Below, piece by piece: positions 56,392 to 64,000 of a DNA stretch of 64,000 nucleotides. Location of the stretch: the IMG/VR virus record IMGVR_UViG_3300020577_008970; one strand, 5' to 3'. The position numbers and the translations under genes are program-made. The stretch comes from an uncultured virus (IMG/VR IMGVR_UViG_3300020577_008970) (lineage: Duplodnaviria > Heunggongvirae > Uroviricota > Caudoviricetes). The notes under the pieces were generated by a model. That model had not been told where the DNA came from. It worked only from the letters and a program-made list of their open reading frames with translations, and searched no databases. The stretch's first letter is position 1, and each line of letters opens with the position of its first letter.

Positions 56392-58457
56392 CGAATTTCA
56401 TTCCAATAAACAGCTACATCAAATGTTGGCCGGCCAGCGCGGACGTTTTTACATGCAATACATAATGTAGGTGCCGAATTTGCACCCATGCCAAGAAAAC
56501 CTGCATTTTGAATGCATCGATCATAATAGTCGAATAGTGTAGCTAAATCAACGTCAATCGTATTACTAAATACACCGTCTGCAAGAACTATTCCTCCGCT
56601 GCTCGACGTAGCGGTCGTATTATATTCAATTGCAGAATTCGAATCGATTGAATATGACCCACCAGTGATTGTCGGATTTAGTCTAATCTCATATTCAAAA
56701 ACAGACTGCTGCGGTGTTGACATTTCAACTTTTGTCGGAATTATTACACTTCGATTAATCGCACCCGCCAACGTCGATTGCGGACGAAGAACGATCAGAG
56801 GCGTGAAACTTGTCGACACTTGTCTCGATGTATAAAGTGATCTGGCAATATAATGAAAATCTTGCACTCTAGCTTGTGAGTGAACTGCGGAGCATATAAA
56901 TTTCACATTTTGTGCAGAGGACACAGCGGTAAAATTATTCACACTAACTTGAACTGGTAAGCATGCACTTTGCATATATGGATCGACAACTGAATTTGTG
57001 TGATTCACTTCATGCACCAAAATCATATCGATAAAGTATCTTACTACACCAATTCCAAACCATTGACATTCGATTTCGTACAAATGGGCTTTCGTTACAT
57101 CGAATGTAATTCCACTGTGACCAGTACCATCTAATTTATCTCTGTTCCACGTTGATTGTTGATATTGCGTCGTTACTACAGAATTGCTTATGTTGGATCT
57201 TTCACAAACACTAAATGTCGATCCGGATAGCTGAAAGAACACGCCATTAGTTTCGTCAAGGTAACCCCATTCACGAACTTGGCCTGTTAATCCGCTATTT
57301 GAATTTATCACGGACATCTGCATCGATTGTATATGCCCACCAATATACTTGAAGTACTTATTCGTTCTTATTGCTGCAAACGAGCCAGACGACGTAGTAG
57401 TTCCTACAGTTACCATAGAACCGGTTACAACAGCTGTTACAGCTCCACCAGTAACTGTTTTTGTATCGAATACATCATAGTTGATCCCATACTTGAAATG
57501 TAGATCGGCTAGTGTATACACACCGGCGATTCGGAGCTCATTCGAAATTGTACTTCGAATTCCATTATTATTCGAATCGAATATTCTTGCGACGACAGGC
57601 AACGACCCAGTCGATGTAACAGTAACTTGCCCTGTCAGTGCTAATGAACCGGTAACTGGCAGTGTACCTTGATCTGATGCGATTACAACCGGCACCGAAG
57701 TTGCCATAGCCTTTTGACCGACCGTTGGGATACGCGTTGTGAAAGTACTCTCGGCTAACCTTGTTCCGAGTGTAGTTTCTGTAGCCGCTCCAGTCGGTAA
57801 TGGAAGTGAACCAGCTGAGATTGGAACAATATTAGTAATCCCAACTGAACCTGTAACAGTTTGTGATGCTGGAAAATTTTGCACCGCTACAGCTAATGAT
57901 CCGGTCGATGTTACGGATACTTGGTTTGACACAGTAGCAGTTATCGTATTCGCAACATTTACGCTTCCGGTGTAATTTGTCGCTAAAACAACCGGAACTG
58001 AAAGGGCTGATGTCGTTTGCCCAGGAACTGGTATACGAGTCGTAAAGGTACTATCAGCTAATCTCGTTCCAAGTGTAGTTTCTGTAGCTGCACCAGTAGG
58101 TAATGGCAATGAAGCTGCCGAAACAGGTTGTGTAGCCGGGAAATTGCTAACAATTACTGGTAATGAACCGGTTGATGTTATGGGTATCGATGACTGATTC
58201 GAGGCAATTACAACAGGGCTGGATGATGCCATGACAGCCTGTCCGAGAACTGGCGTTCTTGTTGTAAATGTGCTGTCTAGCAACAAATTTCCAGTTGTGC
58301 CAATATTTGCCGTGACTATACCGTCTACGCCAACAGAACCAGTTACAGATACTTGATTCGTGACAGTAACAGGCCCTGTGATCTTTACGCTTCCACTAAG
58401 ATTTAGCTCATTTCCAGCTGAGTCGACTAAAATTGCTGCTGGCGAATCATTCATCAT
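56388..58457 (-). CDS. Fibre-like virion protein with internal repeats
   Basis: Repeated LPLPTGAATETTLGTRLA.STFTTRIP; beta-rich C-terminal domain. Confidence 0.7.
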   Translation of the reverse strand: MMNDSPAAILVDSAGNELNLSGSVKITGPVTVTNQVSVTGSVGVDGIVTANIGTTGNLLLDSTFTTRTPVLGQAVMASSSPVVIASNQSSIPITSTGSLPVIVSNFPATQPVSAASLPLPTGAATETTLGTRLADSTFTTRIPVPGQTTSALSVPVVLATNYTGSVNVANTITATVSNQVSVTSTGSLAVAVQNFPASQTVTGSVGITNIVPISAGSLPLPTGAATETTLGTRLAESTFTTRIPTVGQKAMATSVPVVIASDQGTLPVTGSLALTGQVTVTSTGSLPVVARIFDSNNNGIRSTISNELRIAGVYTLADLHFKYGINYDVFDTKTVTGGAVTAVVTGSMVTVGTTTSSGSFAAIRTNKYFKYIGGHIQSMQMSVINSNSGLTGQVREWGYLDETNGVFFQLSGSTFSVCERSNISNSVVTTQYQQSTWNRDKLDGTGHSGITFDVTKAHLYEIECQWFGIGVVRYFIDMILVHEVNHTNSVVDPYMQSACLPVQVSVNNFTAVSSAQNVKFICSAVHSQARVQDFHYIARSLYTSRQVSTSFTPLIVLRPQSTLAGAINRSVIIPTKVEMSTPQQSVFEYEIRLNPTITGGSYSIDSNSAIEYNTTATSSSGGIVLADGVFSNTIDVDLATLFDYYDRCIQNAGFLGMGANSAPTLCIACKNVRAGRPTFDVAVYWNEIR

Positions 58458-58919
58458 TTAAATCGTCCTCGTTCTAGTCCTAGATGCCTCTAAGGAACCA
58501 GAATATGTGATCACATCTACATATTGTCTAGTCACTGTTACACCATCAGTCGAATACATGTTCCAGGTAATTGCCGTAGGATTTTGGATTCCATTTCGGC
58601 TAATCATCTTTCTTTGAATTAAACTCGTTTTGGTGGCGTCTGTATACCATGTCGAGGTAAGTGGAAAGAGCCCACCAACGATCTCATAATATGCTCCCGC
58701 AAAATTCTCGAACGGTCCAGCCTCATTCACTAACGACAATTTGCGATCATTCGCTATATCAGACAGTGTATGCAGCACACCTTCTTCATTAAAAACGAAA
58801 CCTGATCCCGACACATAACGAAATTCGCCAGGAACTGTTGGAGTGACAACATCTGGTGTAAGCTGAACTCCGTCATCTTCGATAAATTGTCCTGGGTGAC
58901 GATCAGGCGTTTGTGGCAT
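58458..58919 (-). CDS. Small virion-associated protein (family of 16232/16558)
   Basis: GPFENF, TWYTD, DG.TV, ITYSG..E.SRTR. Confidence 0.72.
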   Translation of the reverse strand: MPQTPDRHPGQFIEDDGVQLTPDVVTPTVPGEFRYVSGSGFVFNEEGVLHTLSDIANDRKLSLVNEAGPFENFAGAYYEIVGGLFPLTSTWYTDATKTSLIQRKMISRNGIQNPTAITWNMYSTDGVTVTRQYVDVITYSGSLEASRTRTRTI

Positions 58920-58978
58920 TTCGTTGCATAAATATCGCTTGTGATAGAATTTGATATATCAATTAGTTACAGAACACG

Positions 58979-59158
58979 TCATGGTGTCTGTGTCGTAATC
59001 AAATAACCATTCACGTCACATGCTAAGTATCTTACTTTTCCCGTTGAATCAACTCCTGCAACGACTTGGCCAACGCTACCAGATGGCACATTGACTGATG
59101 CAGATACGTGAATTGGCATTCCTTGAACATTAAACAGAATTTGTGCAATACCACTCAT
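58979..59158 (-). CDS. Stand-alone copy of the N-terminal module of the array proteins
   Basis: QILFNVQG.PIH.S.S...PSGSVGQVVAGVDSTGKVRY; own ATATTTA box. Confidence 0.75.
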   Translation of the reverse strand: MSGIAQILFNVQGMPIHVSASVNVPSGSVGQVVAGVDSTGKVRYLACDVNGYLITTQTP

Positions 59159-59191
59159 GCGCAATAAATATCGAATTCGATATCGAATATA

Positions 59192-59635
59192 TCAACTGTT
59201 AACTGTATGAATTAATATTTCGCTTGTGCTCGTGTACACGCCAGCAGACGTATTAAACACTGCCTGAACACGATGCGAACCGGCTTCTAGATCACTTGTT
59301 TGCCATGTGGCGACATTCTCTACAAGTTGTATTGTGCTATAGGCAGTAGCTGTATCGGGATTCATAAAACTCACGCTACCTGATCTGCAATATTGCACTG
59401 TGGCAACAAATGTCGTTTGGCTTCCTAATTGACTCGTTAGCGATCCAGACAATGTCGTTGTCGATGGTTCATAATATGATGAATCAAGATAGTAAAATCC
59501 GGGAGAAACATATAACGAATCACTAACTTGATTGCAGGTGTATCCATTTCCTGAATATGCTTGGTCTACAAATGCTTGATCTGCAACAATAACGTTTTCA
59601 ACAATTCCTGATTTAATCAATGCATATTTGCTCAT
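59192..59635 (-). CDS. Fibre-associated protein with Ig-like C-terminus
   Basis: YALI..GIVENVIVAD N-terminus; L.AGSH.V.A.F. Confidence 0.65.
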   Translation of the reverse strand: MSKYALIKSGIVENVIVADQAFVDQAYSGNGYTCNQVSDSLYVSPGFYYLDSSYYEPSTTTLSGSLTSQLGSQTTFVATVQYCRSGSVSFMNPDTATAYSTIQLVENVATWQTSDLEAGSHRVQAVFNTSAGVYTSTSEILIHTVNS

Positions 59636-59636
59636 C

Positions 59637-61026
59637 TCACACCGTCCAAATTCTTATTTCGCCACGACCACCTGAACCACCGTTCGGATTATTATTTCCT
59701 CCTCCTCCTCCGCCGCCACCTCCACCTGGGACACCGCCATTCCCGCCGGCTGTTCCATTAGTTGCTCCTCGACCGCCACCACCGCCTCCGGCACCAGCGG
59801 AATATGTTCCACCATCAGTGCCATTTCCGCCTGCTGCAGCACCAGTACCAGCGGTTCCTCCGCCAGAAGCATCAGAATATCCAGAAGATCCTCCGGCGCC
59901 TCCTGAAGCATTATTGGCATCAGCGCCACCACCCCCCCCCTCCTCCACCAAATAATGAAGATCCGCCTACAATAACAGACTGCGCGGCGGAATGACCGCC
60001 TCCTCCGCCTCCATATACGGCATTTTGCGCGGTCATTGTAATCAATCCGCCGGATCGTCCCGGAGCGCCGCCGCCGCTATCCGGAGGATTTGGATATAAA
60101 ATTTTCCACATCGTTCCGGACCCGTTATCAACATATGTTGCCCAAGATGGAGCTCCGCCATAATAGTATGTTATACTTGACTGATTTGGCCACACGAAGG
60201 TTTGCTCTGACCCTAAAGCTCCACCGCCAGCACCATTAGCGCCACCGCCATAAGCTCGTAATATAGCTGCACCAGTATCGAATGATGTCGTTCCGCCAGC
60301 ACTATTCTGACTTCCGCCTGCGCCGATTGTACATGTTACGCTTGATGGCACTAATGACGCCAAATATCGCCTATGCACGACTGCACCACCACCGCCTCCT
60401 GGACGATCTGATGTGGCACCAACAAGCCCATTTCTTCCTCCTCCTCCACCGCCTATGCACATAACATCAACCCACGTACATCCAACTGGTTTCGTCCATG
60501 TTGTAGAGCCTGTTATGACAGTGTATGTGATATTTCCAGATGCTACACCTTGTGATCCGGTTGCACCTGTCGGTCCAGTGGGGCCGGTTATTCCCTGTAT
60601 TCCCTGTGAACCATTCGTTCCATTAGTGCCGGCAGATCCGGTGGGCCCAGTAGGACCGGTCGGACCGGCAATTCCCTGGATTCCTTGAGCACCATCAGCT
60701 CCATTAGTGCCAGCAGCTCCAGTTGGTCCAGTTGGCCCGATTGAACCTGATATACCTTGAATTCCTTGCGCCCCATTTGTTCCATTAGTGCCAGCAGCTC
60801 CAGTTGGACCGGTGGGACCTGTTGGTCCCGTAGGCCCGGTCAATCCAGTTCCGCCCGTTGTCATAACATATCCAGAAGCGTTTGTCGCAATATACCTGAC
60901 TTTACCTGTCGGATCAACGCCTGCTAAAATTTGTGCTACGGGACCTGATGGTGCATTCTGTGACGATGATACGTGCAATGGCGTACCGGATGTGCTATAC
61001 AATATTTTTACTGGACTATCGCTCAT
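59637..61026 (-). CDS. Collagen-like plus glycine-rich fibre protein, split by a frameshift in a G9 tract
   Basis: G-X-Y repeats, then a Gly-rich domain that continues in another frame to GGRGEIRIWTV; C9 run at 59932-59940. Confidence 0.8.
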
Positions 61027-61083
61027 GCAGTTTAAATATAGATTTAAACAAATTGCATACGTGATACAATCACTATCAGTTTA

Positions 61084-61383
61084 ATGCGTCATGGTCTTGC
61101 TACGGAAAAACGAAATGCTCTGCGCAAATTAGCGATCGAATCTCTTGGCGGAGCATGTCAAATCTGCGGTTACGAAAAGTGTAGCGAAGCACTAGACTTT
61201 CATCACACCAACACATTAGAAAAAGATTTCAACATTTCATCGAAGCTTTCATCTTGGAAACGAATAGCATCAGAACTTAAAAAATGTGTCCTTCTTTGCG
61301 CAAGATGCCACCGTGAAGTTCATGCCGGATATCATGGACTAAAATATTTTGATGATGAATCGATTAGTAGGCGAGACTATTAA
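61084..61383 (+). CDS. Small free-standing HNH endonuclease
   Basis: GGACQICGY..C..ALDFHH...K, E..KC.LLCA.CHRE.H. Confidence 0.88.
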   Translation: MRHGLATEKRNALRKLAIESLGGACQICGYEKCSEALDFHHTNTLEKDFNISSKLSSWKRIASELKKCVLLCARCHREVHAGYHGLKYFDDESISRRDY

Positions 61384-61416
61384 ACAGAAACGGCCCGATT
61401 TCTCGAGCCGCTCTGC
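61382..61416 (-). terminator. Rho-independent terminator
   Basis: CAGAGCGGCTCGA-GAAA-TCGGGCCGTTTCTG-TTT just after the 524-aa gene stop. Confidence 0.65.
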
Positions 61417-61436
61417 AGTTATGCTCTAATCAGAGA

Positions 61437-63011
61437 TTAGAATGTATCGACTTGGACGACGGTACCAATTCGAAGCTTGTAATTGAACTTTAGATCACCG
61501 GTCGAAAGTGTATCACCTTCAACAACATCGTTTCCGACGCCATTGAGTTGTCGTACACCGTTGACATATACGCTGACCATGTTACCAGAACCAGCCGAGA
61601 AGGTCTTTCCAACGAGGGTTGGAAGTGTACCAGCCATATTGGTAGAGGTCGAAGCATTCGAACCAGAGTTGATCACTGCAGTAACGACTGCGGTACCAAC
61701 TACGCGACTCGATGCGGTTGCAGAAATTCGATCAGACAAGATGTTCAATGCACCAAGTACTGAGGTCGAGTTGCTGAAGTGTGTTGTGAAGCTGTTCCAT
61801 TCACCAGATGCTGTTGCGAATGGCATTGCACCGCTGTAGGTTGAACCTGCATTGTATGCGTCTGCGAAGGTAACTTGGTTACCAGAAAGAAGCAAGTCGG
61901 AAACTGCTTTGATCGTTAGACCAGCAACTGCATCGATCTGTCCATCTGTAACACCAACGTTGATGTCGTTACCGCTTGTATTGAATGTTGCACCCTTGGT
62001 GAAGGTTGCTGCATTGGTGTTGGTAATGCTAAAATTATCAACGACTGCACTCAAGGTCGAGGCGCTGTTGCCGTCCATAGCAATCTTGAATGTATTGACA
62101 GAACCTGTCGTTTCAAAGGCGACGTAGGTATTTGCTGCAAGTTTCCAATCGATGCTGTTGGTTGCAGTGAATGCACCTGGCTGATTGGCAACGGCGGTTG
62201 CAAGAGTAATGTCGACGAGTGACGAGAAGTCAGTGTAGTTGGTGCTCAAGAAAGCATCTTCTGGCAATCCAGAATAAGTCGATCGAGCGACATATGCATA
62301 GTGAATGGTCTTACCAGCGATATCAGCAGAAGCTGCCTGGATGAGACCATCAGAAGTCGAATTCATCTTGACGAACGAGATTTGTGCTCTGTTCTGGAGG
62401 TTGTCGAAAGAAGAACCTTCAATCGATGAAGAACGAACCTGAATCAAGCCGTAGATTTCTCGGCCGTTTGCATCGTTGATTGCATCATTGTTCGATGCTG
62501 TAACGATATAGACGAGATTCTTTGGCGAGATGGCATTTGCGCCACCGATTGCAGTTGCTGCCCAAGCGCCAGTGTCGCCTGGAAGAAGTGCAGTAACAGC
62601 TCCGAGAACTGTATCATTGATTGCAACGGTCTGTGTTGGTGCTTCAGAAGCTGCCAAGACAGTGTATGTGTTCGAAGCAGAGACGAAAATTGGAAGAAGG
62701 TTTTCGACTCGATAGAGCAAGTTCTTATTCTCTACGTTGTAGAGTCCTTGGTTCATCGAGATAACACCGCGTTTGGAACCGGTGATAGCACCGAAACCAG
62801 AACCGGAAGTTGGTAGTGTTAGATCGCTATACCAGTTACCAGAAGCAGAACCGGTTCCAAACAAAAGAACCTTGGTCTGCGTTCGTAGCGCATTAAGATC
62901 ATCCTCGAGGCTAGCTGCACTCGAAGACAACACGGATCCATTGACTAAATTGTCCGTATATAATTCTGAATTAAAGACTTGAGTTGCCTGCGTGATGAAT
63001 GTCCTACTCAT
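61437..63011 (-). CDS. Putative virion structural protein, paralog of 17530..19095
   Basis: Shared motifs listed for 17530..19095. Confidence 0.8.
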   Translation of the reverse strand: MSRTFITQATQVFNSELYTDNLVNGSVLSSSAASLEDDLNALRTQTKVLLFGTGSASGNWYSDLTLPTSGSGFGAITGSKRGVISMNQGLYNVENKNLLYRVENLLPIFVSASNTYTVLAASEAPTQTVAINDTVLGAVTALLPGDTGAWAATAIGGANAISPKNLVYIVTASNNDAINDANGREIYGLIQVRSSSIEGSSFDNLQNRAQISFVKMNSTSDGLIQAASADIAGKTIHYAYVARSTYSGLPEDAFLSTNYTDFSSLVDITLATAVANQPGAFTATNSIDWKLAANTYVAFETTGSVNTFKIAMDGNSASTLSAVVDNFSITNTNAATFTKGATFNTSGNDINVGVTDGQIDAVAGLTIKAVSDLLLSGNQVTFADAYNAGSTYSGAMPFATASGEWNSFTTHFSNSTSVLGALNILSDRISATASSRVVGTAVVTAVINSGSNASTSTNMAGTLPTLVGKTFSAGSGNMVSVYVNGVRQLNGVGNDVVEGDTLSTGDLKFNYKLRIGTVVQVDTF

Positions 63012-63111
63012 GATTTCTCACACTCGGACATTAAATATCGAATTTTACATTTTTTCGAAAATAAAATCGATATGTCACAAATAATTTTTGAAAAAATGTG
63101 AATATTTGTGG

Positions 63112-63510
63112 TTATTCGTGAGTATTTCGGATACCTATCGATATTTTCCTTGGTAGAGCCGCTTCAGATTTTTTAAAGCTGATCTCTAATATCCCATCCT
63201 CAAGTACTGCTGTCGCAGATTCGATATCATAGCTTTTATCTAAGTGATACCGATATGAGAACGTTCTTGATTTTGACTTTCCTGTAATCTGCAAATTATG
63301 CGATGTTGATATAATTTCAAGCTCATCTCTCTTTACACCTGGAATGTCCATCGACAGTGTGATGCCTTCATCTGTCTTAGCTGTTCGAATATAACCATTT
63401 CGTGAAAGTGTATCGTAACCATCAACACGATCATCGAAAAACAGATCTAGCAACTTAGATCGTGAATCGAACAAACCACCGCCCAAACCTACGTCATATC
63501 GTGTAAGCAT
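63112..63510 (-). CDS. Small heat-shock protein (Hsp20)
   Basis: DIPGV, A.LEDGILEI, PRKISI. Confidence 0.9.
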   Translation of the reverse strand: MLTRYDVGLGGGLFDSRSKLLDLFFDDRVDGYDTLSRNGYIRTAKTDEGITLSMDIPGVKRDELEIISTSHNLQITGKSKSRTFSYRYHLDKSYDIESATAVLEDGILEISFKKSEAALPRKISIGIRNTHE

Positions 63511-63619
63511 AATGAATCTCCTTTTAGTTTATTTGACCGGCTGACCAAAGACTTTTTTCGATCGCCGATGATGATATGATAATCATCATTATGTGGATGT
63601 AAATGGCTTAAGCGAACTT

Positions 63620-63991
63620 TTAATAGCCGCGATTAATTCGATCGAAGTTAACATTACCCTTGGCAATGTACTGCTCGTGAAATTCTTTCCAGTCGACATT
63701 CAGCAGCAAACACAGCTCAACGAAGTAATGCATACAATCAACAAGCTCTTCGACGACTTTCGATCGATCGAATTGATCGCTTAGATCTGTTTTTCGATGA
63801 TCTTTTGAATGCTTTAGCTCTTGAATCACCTCGAAGAGTTCGCCCATGGCATCATAAGCGATGGTCTTGCACAATTTCTGACCATCTTTCGAGGATGTAT
63901 CGACAGGAAATTCTGGAAAATTTCTATGTTTTTGTAAAAGCAACATAAATGCGTGTTGCTGTTTAAACATTTCCTCAAGATGATTTTTCAT
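63620..63991 (-). CDS. Dimeric all-alpha dUTPase/dCTPase (MazG-like)
   Basis: MF..Q, GELFE..EL, EELVD..HY, Y..K..VN..R...GY. Confidence 0.85.
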   Translation of the reverse strand: MKNHLEEMFKQQHAFMLLLQKHRNFPEFPVDTSSKDGQKLCKTIAYDAMGELFEVIQELKHSKDHRKTDLSDQFDRSKVVEELVDCMHYFVELCLLLNVDWKEFHEQYIAKGNVNFDRINRGY

Positions 63992-64000
63992 TGCTATCCT

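Noticed and set aside
1..64000. CRISPR array
   Set aside because: No regularly spaced direct repeats seen; the repeats found are coding (paralog blocks, collagen)
1..64000. Alternative genetic code (stop-codon reassignment)
   Set aside because: Long genes are intact in code 11 and TAA, TAG and TGA all act as stops

Overview
A gene-dense, AT-rich (~40% GC by eye), mostly minus-strand segment of a jumbo bacteriophage genome. Housekeeping and host-takeover genes include a sigma-70 factor, GroEL, Hsp20, ATP-dependent DNA ligase, a DNA methyltransferase, DnaE, a DinG-like helicase, SOD-like and Dps-like proteins, a short tmRNA and tRNA-Leu(UAA). Two paralogous virion-protein clusters lie at 10-19 kb and 54-63 kb, including a 5-copy array with variable segments. 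The best candidate for a new system is a putative cytosine-hypermodification operon at 40.5-47.9 kb: a dCMP-type thymidylate-synthase homolog, dNMP kinase, glycosyltransferase-like protein, UDP-xylose synthase and a 4-epimerase. Mobile elements are an HNH intein at the catalytic Cys of a papain-like protease, an IS605 (tnpA/tnpB) inside a tRNA remnant, and an internally deleted IscB element with an apparently complete omegaRNA. A recurrent ATA(A/T/G)TTA motif 5-6 nt before start codons suggests leaderless late transcripts. All calls come from motif recognition by eye; no database searches were run.
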